Made by a program: the position numbers and the translations under genes. The notes beneath the pieces are model-generated. The model made no database searches and was not told where the DNA came from. It worked only from the letters and a program-made list of their open reading frames with translations. A stretch of 64,000 nt of DNA, from positions 1 to 64,000 of the forward strand of contig JASFLY010000007.1 in the NCBI GenBank assembly GCA_050117845.1. Direction: 5' to 3'. This stretch comes from Candidatus Zixiibacteriota bacterium (GTDB lineage Bacteria; RBG-13-66-14; B26-G2; WVWN01). Below are positions 1 to 13,305 of this stretch, one piece after another (the stretch's first letter is position 1; every line of letters starts with the position of its first letter).

Positions 1-312
1 GTCGGCCGTAAGATGTATTTCTGCACATGGCCCGGCGAAGCCAAAACCAAGCAGATAAAGAAAAACGCCCACGTCGAGATTTGCCTCCCCATCGACAAGG
101 GGAAGAAGAACGGTTATTACCGTATCGCCGGCACGGCCGAAATAGTCGAAGACAAAAAAGAGACCCGGAGAGTGTTTAAAAAGATCCCGTACGCCACCGA
201 TAAATACTGGGACGGCCCCGACGACCCTCGCCTTACGATTATACTTATTAAACCGGAAAACAGCCGCTACATGGTGCCGGGCACGGATCCCGAGCTCGAC
301 GTTAAACTGTAA
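1..312 (+). CDS. Pyridoxamine 5'-phosphate oxidase-like (general stress protein 26-like) FMN-binding protein, probably 5'-truncated by the window edge
   Basis: Frame is open from position 1. Sequence resembles the split-barrel family: K..QIKKNAHVEIC, RIAGTAEIVED, YWDGPDDP. Confidence 0.6.
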   Translation, partial: VGRKMYFCTWPGEAKTKQIKKNAHVEICLPIDKGKKNGYYRIAGTAEIVEDKKETRRVFKKIPYATDKYWDGPDDPRLTIILIKPENSRYMVPGTDPELDVKL

Positions 313-386
313 AAACGGGGCCAGCGTCCAATTGTATTGTAGGGCCGAATCGTTTGTGGTACAATCCAAATAAAGGAGGACGTATC

Positions 387-824
387 GTGAAGATATGGTT
401 GATAGTGCTGTCCGCCGCGGCGTTAACGCTTACGCTGTTCGCCTGCGACGAAGAACTCGAAACGGGGAGTATCGAGGGGAACGTCAAGGATGACGGCCTG
501 AACGTTAGCGGCGCGTACGTACTGCTGTTGGAGGAAGGTAAGGCCCTGGCCGGAGAATCGCCGCTCGGCAACGGCTCCATTACCACCGGCTCGGGGAATT
601 ATACGATCCTCTTCGTGCAGCCCAACACCAGGTATTACATCGTGGCCGTCAGCGACACCAACGGCGACGTGAAATACACCCCCGGCGTCGACCCGATAGG
701 GTATTTCGGCAGGTACAGCGAAGCCACGCAGCAATGGTATCCCTCGCCTATAGAGATAGGCTCCGGGGAAACGAGACGCGGCATAAATATCGCCGATATG
801 CATATCATTCCGGTCGTTCCCTAA
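387..824 (+). CDS. Hypothetical lipoprotein with a carboxypeptidase-regulatory-like beta-sandwich
   Basis: GGAGG Shine-Dalgarno (SD) before GTG at 387, lipobox LFAC, GSIEGNV...SGAYVLL pattern. Confidence 0.6.
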   Translation: MKIWLIVLSAAALTLTLFACDEELETGSIEGNVKDDGLNVSGAYVLLLEEGKALAGESPLGNGSITTGSGNYTILFVQPNTRYYIVAVSDTNGDVKYTPGVDPIGYFGRYSEATQQWYPSPIEIGSGETRRGINIADMHIIPVVP

Positions 825-893
825 AGCCGGCCCCAGCGCGAACGCACGGCAATCCCAGGGCATAGCGAGCTATGCCCTTTTTCTAAGATTAAG

Positions 894-3731
<2,838 letters not shown>

Positions 3732-3759
3732 CGCCGCCCTAAGCCGCGCCCCACGCGTA

Positions 3760-4476
3760 TTACAATCCTTCCAATATTTCTTTGACGCCCCGGACCGAGG
3801 CCGCGAACAACCGTTCGCCCGTTTCGGCCGAAGCCGACGACGGGTCGGAACCAACCGCCCCCGCCGGGTAATACTCCCGCAAGTCGTCGCGGCCCGCGGC
3901 CCAGGTTATCAGTCCTGGCTTCGTTCGTCCTATCCGGGATACGTCGCCGACCAGTTCCGGGTCGATATGCATGAGCACCGAGACCTCCGCCGGCGTAACG
4001 TGGCTCCCCTCTCGATCGCCGAAGGTCTCCTCGATAAGCGCCGCGACCTCCCGCACGCCGTACCAATCCCGCGGGGCGATGCGAGCACCGGGCCGCTCGT
4101 ACGCGACCTCGGCCGCCGCGCTCTTCAATATGCCGACGTTGCCGCCGTGGCCGTTGACGACGACGATGCGCCGGAATCCTCCATCGACGAAGAACTCCAA
4201 CAAGTCGACCAGCATGGCGAGGTAACTCGATGGCTTAAGGCTGGCCGTACCGGGGAAGCCGCCGTGATGCAGCGACATCCCGTAGCAAAGCGCCGGCGCG
4301 CAGTAAACGCCGGCCTCGTCCGCGGCTTTACGGGATACCGCCTCGGCGATAATATAATCTATCCCGGCCGCGACGGCGGGGCCGTGCTGCTCCACCGAAC
4401 CGGCCGGTATCACGAGTCGGTCATCCGTCTTCAAGTATTCCTCGACGTCGGGCCAAAACGCTCGTTCAAGCCGCAT
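3760..4476 (-). CDS. Creatininase family amidohydrolase
   Basis: Motifs GSVEQHG, D, S.HH..FPGT, NGHGGN, H...E. Start placed at the ATG of MRLERAFW, which follows AAGGA. Confidence 0.88.
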   Translation of the reverse strand: MRLERAFWPDVEEYLKTDDRLVIPAGSVEQHGPAVAAGIDYIIAEAVSRKAADEAGVYCAPALCYGMSLHHGGFPGTASLKPSSYLAMLVDLLEFFVDGGFRRIVVVNGHGGNVGILKSAAAEVAYERPGARIAPRDWYGVREVAALIEETFGDREGSHVTPAEVSVLMHIDPELVGDVSRIGRTKPGLITWAAGRDDLREYYPAGAVGSDPSSASAETGERLFAASVRGVKEILEGL

Positions 4477-4560
4477 ATGCCGTCCTTTCCTACCCTCGTC
4501 CTTATCGGGGCACCGTTTTTCTAAATGATAGCACAGCGTCGCGCATCCGAACCACATATA

Positions 4561-4592
4561 AAAAGGCCGGCCCGAGACGAGGCCGGCCTTTT
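4561..4592. terminator. Intrinsic terminator (symmetric) downstream of the alpha-2-macroglobulin gene
   Basis: AAAAGGCCGGCC-8nt-GGCCGGCCTTTT perfect inverted repeat. Confidence 0.8.
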
Positions 4593-4606
4593 CGCTCGGG
4601 CGGCGG

Positions 4607-7600
4607 CTACTGTCGCGTCTCGAGCGCCACATCGAACGACGCCTCGCCCGACGTTCCCCATATTTCGGGGGCGTACATAAGCGACGCCCGCGCCGGAAGC
4701 GCCAGGTGTTTGCCCGGCTGTTCGGCGTGGATGACGTACGATACTTTGTATTCGCCGGCGGCTAGCGACGTGAAGAAGAAGACCATCTTCTCGTCGCGCC
4801 GCTCGCGGTGCGTGTTGCCCCAGTACCAATCGTAGTAGTAATCGCGCTCGAACTCGTCCTCGTCCACCTCGAATCCGGACGGGAGGTAATCCTCGAGCAT
4901 GACGTACTCCACCGGGGCCTCGACCTTGAAGGTGACGTCCACGCGGAAACGGTCGCCCGACTTCACCACGTCGGGGATGCCCTCCTTCACGGCGGTGCCG
5001 CCCTCGGAGAGGGTGTAATATTTCCGGCTCACGACGAAGCCTTTATCGACGGGAGCTATCTCGTCTTCCTGTTGGAAGTACGTCAACAACGTCGAGAAGT
5101 ACACCTTGCCGCTGCCCTCGACCTCGACCCGGACGTCGTTGGTGCCGGGCCGCACGGCGCCGTCCTTATCCTTCAGATAAAGGTGCATCTTGGTCGATGC
5201 CACGTTCCCGGGCGTAACGGTCATCGTTCCCGCCTCTTCGCCGTTCACGAAAACGCGGGCCACGTAATCGCCCTCCAGCTCGCGCGTGGCCTCGAGGTAG
5301 TCGCTCAACGCGAACACCACGGCGGCCGTCTCCTGCGTACTCCGCCAATAGCTACCGCGGCGCTTTAACGACAACCAGCGGACCATGCCTTCCAATTTCT
5401 CGTCGTCGGCCCCGCGGACGGCGACGACGGCCCGGAGCGCGGTCGCCGTCGTCTGGATGGGGCTGTCCGACCAGCCGTAGTGCCAGTCCCCCACGCCCGA
5501 GAAGTAGACGAAGCCGCCCTCGCGCGTCGCGACCTTATCCAACTCGTCGAGGACGGTTTGCGCGTCGTTCATGCGGCCGGCCTTCGAGAGCGCAAGCGCG
5601 AGGAGCGACAACTCGTAGGCGTCGTACGAACCGCGGCCGCGGAAGGCAGTCGCCAGCGGCTCGGTCGCCTTGCTCGATCCGGCCTCGGCCAGGACGTAGA
5701 GCATGTAGAGGTAAGTGGAACCTTCCTTCGCTTTCCGAGCGTCGTCCAGTTGATTCGCCAGGGACTCCAGGCCCTCTTCCAGAACGTCGTCCCGCACGTC
5801 GAAGTCGGCCTCGCGCGCCTTGATTAGGCCATAGCACACGTACGCCGTCATGTACGGGTGCGTCTCGTCATCGGTCCACCACCCCCAACCGCCGTCCGAA
5901 TGTTGGAAGTTATACAGGCGGTCGAGGCCCGCCTTGACCATCTTGGGCAGTTCGGCCTCGAGGTCCTTGTTTTCCATGCCGAGTTTTTGTAGGGTGTGGG
6001 CCACGTACACGGTCGGGAGGAAGCGGCTCATCGTCTGCTCCACGCAACCGTAGGGGTAGCCGGCGAGGTACTCCAACGCGTCGAGCATCGTTCCGGCGAG
6101 GGACGGCGCCAGCGAAACCTCGAGCACCGTCGCGCCCGCCACCGCGTTCTCCGGGACGACGACCGTTTCCCCGAACGACGCGTTGTCGGAGCGGGCCGAG
6201 GCCACGTTGTACTCCAGGCCGTGTGGCAATATGGGAATAGTGAGTTCCATCGCGTCCGACTCGACGCCGGTCAACGCCCGGGCTTGTAGCTTCGTCTCGC
6301 CGACGCCGTCGACGAAGCACGACCAATCGACGCGAACCTCGCCGCCCGCCGGGATGTTGACGTACCGCGTCGTGTCGCCCTTGACCTTGACCTCGGGGCC
6401 GCAAAGGAACTCCACCTTGACGCGCTGGGCGTTTTCCAGGTAATTGTGCACGACGCCCGATATGACGACGTCGTCCCACTGGGTCAAGGTCCGCGGCGTC
6501 TCCAGCCGGACGAGGAGATTCTTCCGGGCGACGACTTCCTTCGTCGCGTCGCCCACCCGGGTATCGGCCGTTATGGCCCGGGCGGTCGCCCGCCACGTCG
6601 TCAGGCTGTCCGGGACGTCGAAACTCACGGTCGCCCGGCCGCTCCTATCCGTCTCGAGTTGCGGCCCCCAGAACGCCGTGTCCGGGAAATAGGACCGCAC
6701 TACGGGCTCGACGTACTCCCCTCCGGAACCTTTGGCTTTTGTTTCCTTTTTACTTTCGCTTAACTTCATGGGCGGGGATTTAACGGTCATTTCTTCCATC
6801 GCTATATCGCCGCCCCCCAACCCCTCGTCGTCGTAACCGTAGCCGTACGACGAGAAGTAGAACGACGTATTAGTCGTAACGTAGTTCCCGCGACGGTCGT
6901 AGAAGAACTTGCGGATATCGGGGGTTTCGTCGGGGCGAACGGCGTAAACGGATTCGTCCGCGACGCCGAGGGAAACTTCCGCCGGCACCGGCTCCCCGCG
7001 CCAATCGGTGGTAACGACCGAGAACGTGGCGCGGTCGCGCGGCTCGTACACTTCTTTATCTGGCTCGATAGCGACGTTGAGGAAACGGTCCTCCGGCGGG
7101 ACTATGACGTCGGCCTGGGCGCTACTCCAGTTGTCATCCGCCACGACGGAAGCGCTGAGGTAAACGTTGGGGGCGAACTTCGCCTCGATAGGCAGTTCGA
7201 CCAGCGCGGTATTACCCTCGGGCCTCAGGACCTCGGCCCGGTAGAGTTCGTCGCCCTCCACGGTCAAAAGGACGCCGCGGCCGGGCCAATCGCTCTGCAC
7301 CATAACGAGCGCCACGTCTCCCGGCCTATAGGATTCCTTGTCGAGCGTCACCGTAATACCCGAGCCGGAGTAATATGATTGGTAGTAGCTTTCGTCCGCC
7401 ACGTAAAAGGACAACGCGTATTCCGAAACGCGGCCGTTCTCGTCGAAGGCGCGGCCGTTAATCGCGTAATAGCCCGTCCCCTTGGGCGTGAAACGGTAGC
7501 GCGCCTCCCCCGACTCGCCGATGCTCACCTCGTCGCTGAGGACGTCCTCCTCCTTCCACTTACCGTAACGGCCGTCCGCCTTCTCTTCCCAGCGTTGCGT

Positions 7601-9127
7601 CTTGACGTCCAAAACGACGTCGGCGGCGAGGGGACGGCCCTGCGGGTCCTGCGTCTGCAACGTGACCACGACGGTATCGCCCGGTTCGTAGAAGTACTTA
7701 TCCAAATAAGCGTAAAGGGCGACCCCCGCCCGCCATACCGGCACGGTCGCCGCCCCGGTAACCTCGTGCCGGCTGGCGTCGGTCATTACGGCGTCGACGC
7801 GGTACTCGTAATCGTAGGACGCATCCTCGAGCGTCGGGAAAGTACCCCGGAAATGGTCGTCGTCATCCAACGCGCCGTCGCCGCTATTGACGTACTCCCA
7901 ACCGTACGAGTAGTAGTAATCGTCGTAATCGTAATACCAGCTATACCGGTACGAACGCCAGCCGTAATGGTACTTCGCCCGCCGGTATACGGTGTAGCTA
8001 ACGTCCGCCCGGGCGACGGGCTCGCCGAAGTAATAGCGGCCCGTTACGTCGAAGACCAGCACGTCCCCGGCGAGGTAATAATCCTTATGAGTCGTAACGG
8101 TAACTTCGTACTCGGGTTTGCGGTATTCCTCGACCTCGAAATACGAAGTGAAGGTGTTTTCGTCGAAACGGGTGCTGATGTAATAGCGCCCGAGCGGCGG
8201 TTCCTCCCCCAGCGTAAATTCGGCCTCGTACGACCCGAAATCGGACGTCTTGAGGTCGGCCTTGAATACGGGCTCTCCCGACGGGCCGTTCACTTCGACC
8301 TTCACGTCCTTCTTCGGAAGGTTCTCGTATTCGCCGCCGACGTAATGGCGCAGGATACCTTTGATGTAAACGGTCTGATTCGGACGGTACACCGGCCTGT
8401 CCGTATAGGCGTAACCCTTGTAGTGTTCCGCCGAATAGTAACCGAAGTAGGAATCGCAGAGCGTAACGCCGTCGCCGCTCTTGCCCATGACGAGGAAACT
8501 CGACGCGTCCTCCGGGAGGACGATGCCGTTTTTAACCGCCAGGCCGTTCTCGTCGGTCGTTAAACCTTCCGCCACTTCCGGGACCGTTAGGATTTCCACG
8601 CCGGCGACGGGCTCGCCCGATTTGCGTTCCGCGGCGTATACCATTAGGGTGTCGTTGTCGGCCTTGACGACGAGGGCGGTCCGGTTCACGACGACGAGCG
8701 TCGCGGCGGTCTCGCCGGAGGCCGAGGCGGTTACGACGTACGCCCCCTCGCCCTCGACGGGCAGCTTCACGGTTTTATAATTCCAATAGCCGCCGCTTTC
8801 TAATTCTTCCCGCCAGGTCGCGACAGGCCGCACGCCGGAGAAGTTGATGCCCTTCATGGAATGCAAATCGAGCTCTGGATTCTTCGCCGCGGCGACGAGG
8901 TCAATGGGATATATCGCCATATCCACCTCGTCGACGCCCCGACTCTCCAGCTCCACTTCCACGCCGTCGCCGGGATAGAATATCCGGTAAGAATAAATCC
9001 ACAACCGTTGTTCGCCGTCCGTAACGCGGCAACTCGAGGCCGTGAACAGAACGGCCGCCGCGGCCGCGAACAGGAGAGCGCACCGGGCGGTCCGTACCAC
9101 CAAAGATTTCATTTTCACCGTATCCAC
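4607..9127 (-). CDS. Bacterial alpha-2-macroglobulin family lipoprotein
   Basis: TDRPVYRP (MG2 domain), FEVEEYRKPEYEV, VRSYFPDTAFW, PDSLTTWR, thioester motif GCVEQ, lipobox-like ASSC. Confidence 0.93.
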   Translation of the reverse strand: MDTVKMKSLVVRTARCALLFAAAAAVLFTASSCRVTDGEQRLWIYSYRIFYPGDGVEVELESRGVDEVDMAIYPIDLVAAAKNPELDLHSMKGINFSGVRPVATWREELESGGYWNYKTVKLPVEGEGAYVVTASASGETAATLVVVNRTALVVKADNDTLMVYAAERKSGEPVAGVEILTVPEVAEGLTTDENGLAVKNGIVLPEDASSFLVMGKSGDGVTLCDSYFGYYSAEHYKGYAYTDRPVYRPNQTVYIKGILRHYVGGEYENLPKKDVKVEVNGPSGEPVFKADLKTSDFGSYEAEFTLGEEPPLGRYYISTRFDENTFTSYFEVEEYRKPEYEVTVTTHKDYYLAGDVLVFDVTGRYYFGEPVARADVSYTVYRRAKYHYGWRSYRYSWYYDYDDYYYSYGWEYVNSGDGALDDDDHFRGTFPTLEDASYDYEYRVDAVMTDASRHEVTGAATVPVWRAGVALYAYLDKYFYEPGDTVVVTLQTQDPQGRPLAADVVLDVKTQRWEEKADGRYGKWKEEDVLSDEVSIGESGEARYRFTPKGTGYYAINGRAFDENGRVSEYALSFYVADESYYQSYYSGSGITVTLDKESYRPGDVALVMVQSDWPGRGVLLTVEGDELYRAEVLRPEGNTALVELPIEAKFAPNVYLSASVVADDNWSSAQADVIVPPEDRFLNVAIEPDKEVYEPRDRATFSVVTTDWRGEPVPAEVSLGVADESVYAVRPDETPDIRKFFYDRRGNYVTTNTSFYFSSYGYGYDDEGLGGGDIAMEEMTVKSPPMKLSESKKETKAKGSGGEYVEPVVRSYFPDTAFWGPQLETDRSGRATVSFDVPDSLTTWRATARAITADTRVGDATKEVVARKNLLVRLETPRTLTQWDDVVISGVVHNYLENAQRVKVEFLCGPEVKVKGDTTRYVNIPAGGEVRVDWSCFVDGVGETKLQARALTGVESDAMELTIPILPHGLEYNVASARSDNASFGETVVVPENAVAGATVLEVSLAPSLAGTMLDALEYLAGYPYGCVEQTMSRFLPTVYVAHTLQKLGMENKDLEAELPKMVKAGLDRLYNFQHSDGGWGWWTDDETHPYMTAYVCYGLIKAREADFDVRDDVLEEGLESLANQLDDARKAKEGSTYLYMLYVLAEAGSSKATEPLATAFRGRGSYDAYELSLLALALSKAGRMNDAQTVLDELDKVATREGGFVYFSGVGDWHYGWSDSPIQTTATALRAVVAVRGADDEKLEGMVRWLSLKRRGSYWRSTQETAAVVFALSDYLEATRELEGDYVARVFVNGEEAGTMTVTPGNVASTKMHLYLKDKDGAVRPGTNDVRVEVEGSGKVYFSTLLTYFQQEDEIAPVDKGFVVSRKYYTLSEGGTAVKEGIPDVVKSGDRFRVDVTFKVEAPVEYVMLEDYLPSGFEVDEDEFERDYYYDWYWGNTHRERRDEKMVFFFTSLAAGEYKVSYVIHAEQPGKHLALPARASLMYAPEIWGTSGEASFDVALETRQ

Positions 9128-9222
9128 CTCACGAGTTAACTTTCCCCGCCCCTCGTCGGTTCAACCCTTATCGTTAATATCGACGTTCGGGCGGGCCGTC
9201 CGGTTTAACCGGGACGCGGCGT

Positions 9223-10197
9223 TTATCCCAACTCGACCTGCGACGAGTCGCCGACGTTCAGCGCGGCCGGTTTCCCGTGGGCCGCGGCCCGGTCGCCGAT
9301 TATGGAACTCTGGAGGATAAGGGACTCCACGGCCGCGTATTCGCTTACGATGCTGTCCCGCACGATGGAATCCTTGACGATGGCTCCGCCCGCCACCGAA
9401 ACGTTCGGCCCGATGATGGAGTTCTGTATGGCCGCACTCTCGTCGATCCACACCGGCGGAATGATAATAGACCCGGGGCGTTTCGGCACGTCCTCGACGC
9501 GGGAGAGGAGGGTCCGGTTCGTTTCGAGCAGGGCCCCGGGCTCGCCGCAGTCGAACCACCCCTCTATGGGAAAGGAGCGGATCTCGTGGCCGGCCTCGAC
9601 CATGAGCTGGAGCGCGTCCGTAAGCTGGTACTCGCCCCGCGTTTTGATGTCCTCCTCTACTATCCGGTCGAGGCAATTTACCATCAACGTCGGGTCGCTG
9701 ACGTAATACACGCCGGCTATCGCCAGGTTGGATACCGGCGCGCTGGGTTTCTCGACTAGCCGAGCCACGCGCTCCCCCTGGAGTTCCACGACGCCGAAGC
9801 GGCGGGGGTCCTCCACGACGCGGACGCCGATGGCCGATATGCCCTGCTTGACGATACCCGCGAGGTCCGCCTGGAATATGGTATCGCCCAATACGATTAA
9901 GAACGGCTCGTCCCGGAGGTGTTCCCGGGCCTGGCGCAAAGCGTGCGCGATGCCCAGCGTCTCCTGTTGCACGACGAACTCTACGGGCGCCTCTATTTTT
10001 TTCTCCAGGAACGCCCGCAATTTGTCGCCTAGGTACCCGACGATAAAGACGTATTCGTCCGGTTTGACCGCACTTACTTCGTCGACGATGTATTCGATTA
10101 TGGTTTTCCCGGCGACGTGCAGCATCGCCTTCGGGACGGTGTGGGTGTGGGGACGGAGTCGGGTTCCCTGGCCCGCGACCGGTATAACAACCTTCAT
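9223..10197 (-). CDS. Sugar-phosphate nucleotidyltransferase (glucose-1-phosphate thymidylyltransferase-like) with a C-terminal left-handed beta helix
   Basis: AGQGTRLRP.T...PK, EKP, GEYQLTDAL, hexapeptide-repeat tail. Confidence 0.9.
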   Translation of the reverse strand: MKVVIPVAGQGTRLRPHTHTVPKAMLHVAGKTIIEYIVDEVSAVKPDEYVFIVGYLGDKLRAFLEKKIEAPVEFVVQQETLGIAHALRQAREHLRDEPFLIVLGDTIFQADLAGIVKQGISAIGVRVVEDPRRFGVVELQGERVARLVEKPSAPVSNLAIAGVYYVSDPTLMVNCLDRIVEEDIKTRGEYQLTDALQLMVEAGHEIRSFPIEGWFDCGEPGALLETNRTLLSRVEDVPKRPGSIIIPPVWIDESAAIQNSIIGPNVSVAGGAIVKDSIVRDSIVSEYAAVESLILQSSIIGDRAAAHGKPAALNVGDSSQVELG

Positions 10198-10229
10198 AGC
10201 AACCTCCGGTGGAACGTTCGATTATTCCG

Positions 10230-10820
10230 TTATATTTCTACCAAATAGCGCTTGATAGACGAGAAAGCGCGAGTGCGTTGGCTTATGGCGTTCTTTTCCG
10301 CCGACGCCATCTCCGCGAAAGTCCGGCCGTGGCCGTCGGGAACGAAGAGCGGGTCGTAACCGAAGCCGGCGGCCCCGACCGGTTCGAGGCCGATGGAGCC
10401 TTCCACCTCTCCCCGGGCCAGCCACTCCCGGCCGTCCAGCGCGACGAGCGCCGCGACACACACGAAACGGGCCCGTCGTCCCGCAGCCGGCGCGCCTTTC
10501 AGCTCGCGTAGCAGTTTCTCGTTGTTCGCCCGGGCGTCCCCGTCCGGCCCGGCGTATCGGCTCGAGCGCACGCCGGGTCGGCCCGAAAGGAATTCGACCT
10601 CGAGGCCGGAGTCGTCGGCCAGCGCCGCGACGCCCGTTTCTCGGGCGACGGCCCGCGCCTTGCCCAACGCGTTCTCCTCGTAGGTGTCGCCGTCTTCCGG
10701 GGGAAGGACGATTCCGGGAAACCGGCTTAGGCCGATAAGTTCCGCCGGGTCCCCGAGGATACTCGCGATTTCGGCCAGCTTGGCCGTGTTCTCCGTCGCC
10801 AGGACTACGCGCATCGCCAT
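10230..10820 (-). CDS. rdgB: Non-canonical purine NTP pyrophosphatase (RdgB/HAM1)
   Basis: ATEN..K..E, ADDSGL, PGV.S.RY, GFGYDPLF, KNAISQR. Confidence 0.93.
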   Translation of the reverse strand: MAMRVVLATENTAKLAEIASILGDPAELIGLSRFPGIVLPPEDGDTYEENALGKARAVARETGVAALADDSGLEVEFLSGRPGVRSSRYAGPDGDARANNEKLLRELKGAPAAGRRARFVCVAALVALDGREWLARGEVEGSIGLEPVGAAGFGYDPLFVPDGHGRTFAEMASAEKNAISQRTRAFSSIKRYLVEI

Positions 10821-10826
10821 CGTCGT

Positions 10827-13298
10827 TTAATCGAAAATTACCAGCTTGACGTCGTCGATTATTATTTTATACGAAGCCGACCCTTCCGCTCCCCCCGCCC
10901 CCACCAAGCCATCGCCCTCGAAGCCGATGCCGACGATATGTGAAAGGTCGGGCTCGTAGCCGGGCTTGACGGAGTAAGTCCCGTCGGATTTACGGGTGAA
11001 CCGGCCTTCTCCCGAAGCCGGCAGGTATTTCGTCTGGAAGGAAACGCGGGTCCACGCCCGCGGCCGTAGCGTGACGCGCCGGCGGAACTGTTTCTCGACG
11101 TCCAGTACGTCGTCGTCTAGTACGAGGAGCCAAACGTCCACGAGGAAATCATTCGGGTTATAGGCCGTGAACTCGAAACGGTGATGCTTCGAGAAATCCT
11201 TGAGCCGCGGATAGAGATTGACGACGCGGCTCGTCTTCCCGACCGCGAACTTTACGCCGAGCGCGATGCGCCCCTCGAACACGACGTCGCGTTCCTCGGT
11301 TACGAGGTGCGCGTCCTTGTCGTCGCCCGAGAGCCAGAACGCCGGGTCGATCCCGGCCTCGAAGTCGAAGACGGGCAGCAGGCCCTTGAGGCCGCGGTAC
11401 AACGTCACGCCGCCGCCGCCGGTTACGTTGCCTTTAAAACCGGACGTCGTTACGGTCAACTCGCCGCGGCCGGCCCGGTGCGTAAGGCGGTACGAGCCGT
11501 CCTCGCCGGTATAGGTCGCGAAAGAGCCGTCGCCCACGCGGGCGTGGTAAACGGGAGTCCCCGGTGCGTCCGCGACGCGTCCGGACACGCCAACCTCGCG
11601 TCCCGGCCCCGGCGCCCCGGCCAACTCTTCGAGCAACGCTTGCCGCAGTTCGAAAATCTGATTATTACCCAGGTCGCCCGTAGATATGTCGCTTAGTAAT
11701 TCAATATTGTACGGCAATAGGGCCTTTAGACGCTCCTCTACGTAGGCCCGGCCGCGCTTCTTCTCCACGAGTTCGAACAGGGCCCAATCTTCCCGGCCCT
11801 CTCGCAGGAGCTCGAGCCGCACGGACGAGACGGGGCCTGTCGCTCCCGCCGGTTCGCCCGGGTAGAACCAACCGCCCCGGCCGTTGCCGTACGCATCCTC
11901 CGTCCCGACCATGGGATCGTCGAGCCAGGGGTTGACGGGCCGTACCGCATCGGCAGCCGGCGCCAAAGCGACCACGCCGTCGGCTCCCCACAGATACCCG
12001 TACCACGACAGGAGCCGCGCCCCGGCCCTGCGGCCGTCGAGCACGTCGCCGCCGGAACCGTCCGCGCGGAGGAAGTATTTATTCCCGCCCGGAATATTCT
12101 GATAACGCTCGGGGCACGCCGCCACGTCCCCGAAATCGGTAACCCAGTAAGACACGGCCCCCGGCATGGACACGCCGGGAGCGCCGCGGAAAGGCGACGA
12201 CGCCACGGCGAGCGCCGGTTTCCCCGGCCACGCCGCGACCGCGCTCGCCAATTCCTTCCACCATTTTACGGCCGCCGCTCCCCCCTCGAAGGGGTCGCGC
12301 GAACCGCCCGGGAAGTCGGCCCAGACAACCGGCCGCGCCGGGGCCTTATCTCCGTACGCCTCATACAAGGTTTTATATTCCTCGGCCAACGCATCCGGCG
12401 CCGGAGTCAACCCGTCCGCGGCCGGAGGGAGAGTGAAAACGGTCGGGTCGCCGCCCACGGCAGTTTCCGCCCACGCCTCGGCCGCTTTCTCGCCGCTCGT
12501 CGTTAAGCGGCGCTGGGAGTAACCGCCGTCGAAAGGCCGGATGCCCCGGGAAACGAGCAAATCCAAATACGGTGCGAGCTCTTCGTCCTTAACGGGGTCG
12601 ACGCCCTCGCCCCCGGCCCACCGGGAAACGGCGGCGTAATCGGGTTCGACGAAGAGCGGCGGGCCAGCCGCCGGCTCCAGCGTTTCCGGCAGGACTTTTA
12701 TTACCACTTTCATCTTCTGGGTAGCGGCCCCCTTGGCCCGGATGACAATGCCGCCCTCGTACTCGCCGGCCGCCAAATCGGCCGGGACCTTCACCACGAC
12801 GAAGAGCGGCTGGGCCTGAGCCTTCGCGAGGTCGAAAGGCTCGGCCAGGGGCACCAGCGCGTCGGGCACCTCGCCCGTCCGGCCGCGGAAGTCGCCGGCG
12901 TTATGCACGGTCACGTAGTACTCGAAATATACCGATACGTTCTCAGCCGGGATAGCCCCGCCGGGGCCGGTCAACGCTTCGACGTCGACCTCAACGTCGT
13001 TAATATTCCCGTAGTCCGCGTTCACGACGAGCTGGAACGACTCGGCCTCTCCGCGGAGCGCGGCCAGCCTGACCGTCGAGCCGTCGTAGACGTAATTGTC
13101 GGGTTCGTAAAAAGCGTCGCGGGCCACGACCTCGTCCGGCCCGGTGGCCCAGACCTTGAACTTCTCGACGAAGGTAACTCCTTTATATTGTGTGTATACT
13201 TCCGCTTCCTCGAGCTTACCGCCGCCCCGGCCACAAGCCCCCACTACCGCCATGGTTGCCGCAACCGTCAACGTTACCTTTAACCGACTACAAGCCAT
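10827..13298 (-). CDS. Lipoprotein with a DUF4091/GH123-like domain plus C-terminal beta-sandwich (possibly carbohydrate-binding) domains
   Basis: Lipobox VGAC, LRGEAESFQL, PDALVP, GNG.G..FYPG, SVRLELLREGREDW (DUF4091-like). Confidence 0.65.
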   Translation of the reverse strand: MACSRLKVTLTVAATMAVVGACGRGGGKLEEAEVYTQYKGVTFVEKFKVWATGPDEVVARDAFYEPDNYVYDGSTVRLAALRGEAESFQLVVNADYGNINDVEVDVEALTGPGGAIPAENVSVYFEYYVTVHNAGDFRGRTGEVPDALVPLAEPFDLAKAQAQPLFVVVKVPADLAAGEYEGGIVIRAKGAATQKMKVVIKVLPETLEPAAGPPLFVEPDYAAVSRWAGGEGVDPVKDEELAPYLDLLVSRGIRPFDGGYSQRRLTTSGEKAAEAWAETAVGGDPTVFTLPPAADGLTPAPDALAEEYKTLYEAYGDKAPARPVVWADFPGGSRDPFEGGAAAVKWWKELASAVAAWPGKPALAVASSPFRGAPGVSMPGAVSYWVTDFGDVAACPERYQNIPGGNKYFLRADGSGGDVLDGRRAGARLLSWYGYLWGADGVVALAPAADAVRPVNPWLDDPMVGTEDAYGNGRGGWFYPGEPAGATGPVSSVRLELLREGREDWALFELVEKKRGRAYVEERLKALLPYNIELLSDISTGDLGNNQIFELRQALLEELAGAPGPGREVGVSGRVADAPGTPVYHARVGDGSFATYTGEDGSYRLTHRAGRGELTVTTSGFKGNVTGGGGVTLYRGLKGLLPVFDFEAGIDPAFWLSGDDKDAHLVTEERDVVFEGRIALGVKFAVGKTSRVVNLYPRLKDFSKHHRFEFTAYNPNDFLVDVWLLVLDDDVLDVEKQFRRRVTLRPRAWTRVSFQTKYLPASGEGRFTRKSDGTYSVKPGYEPDLSHIVGIGFEGDGLVGAGGAEGSASYKIIIDDVKLVIFD

Positions 13299-13305
13299 AT
13301 GAGTC

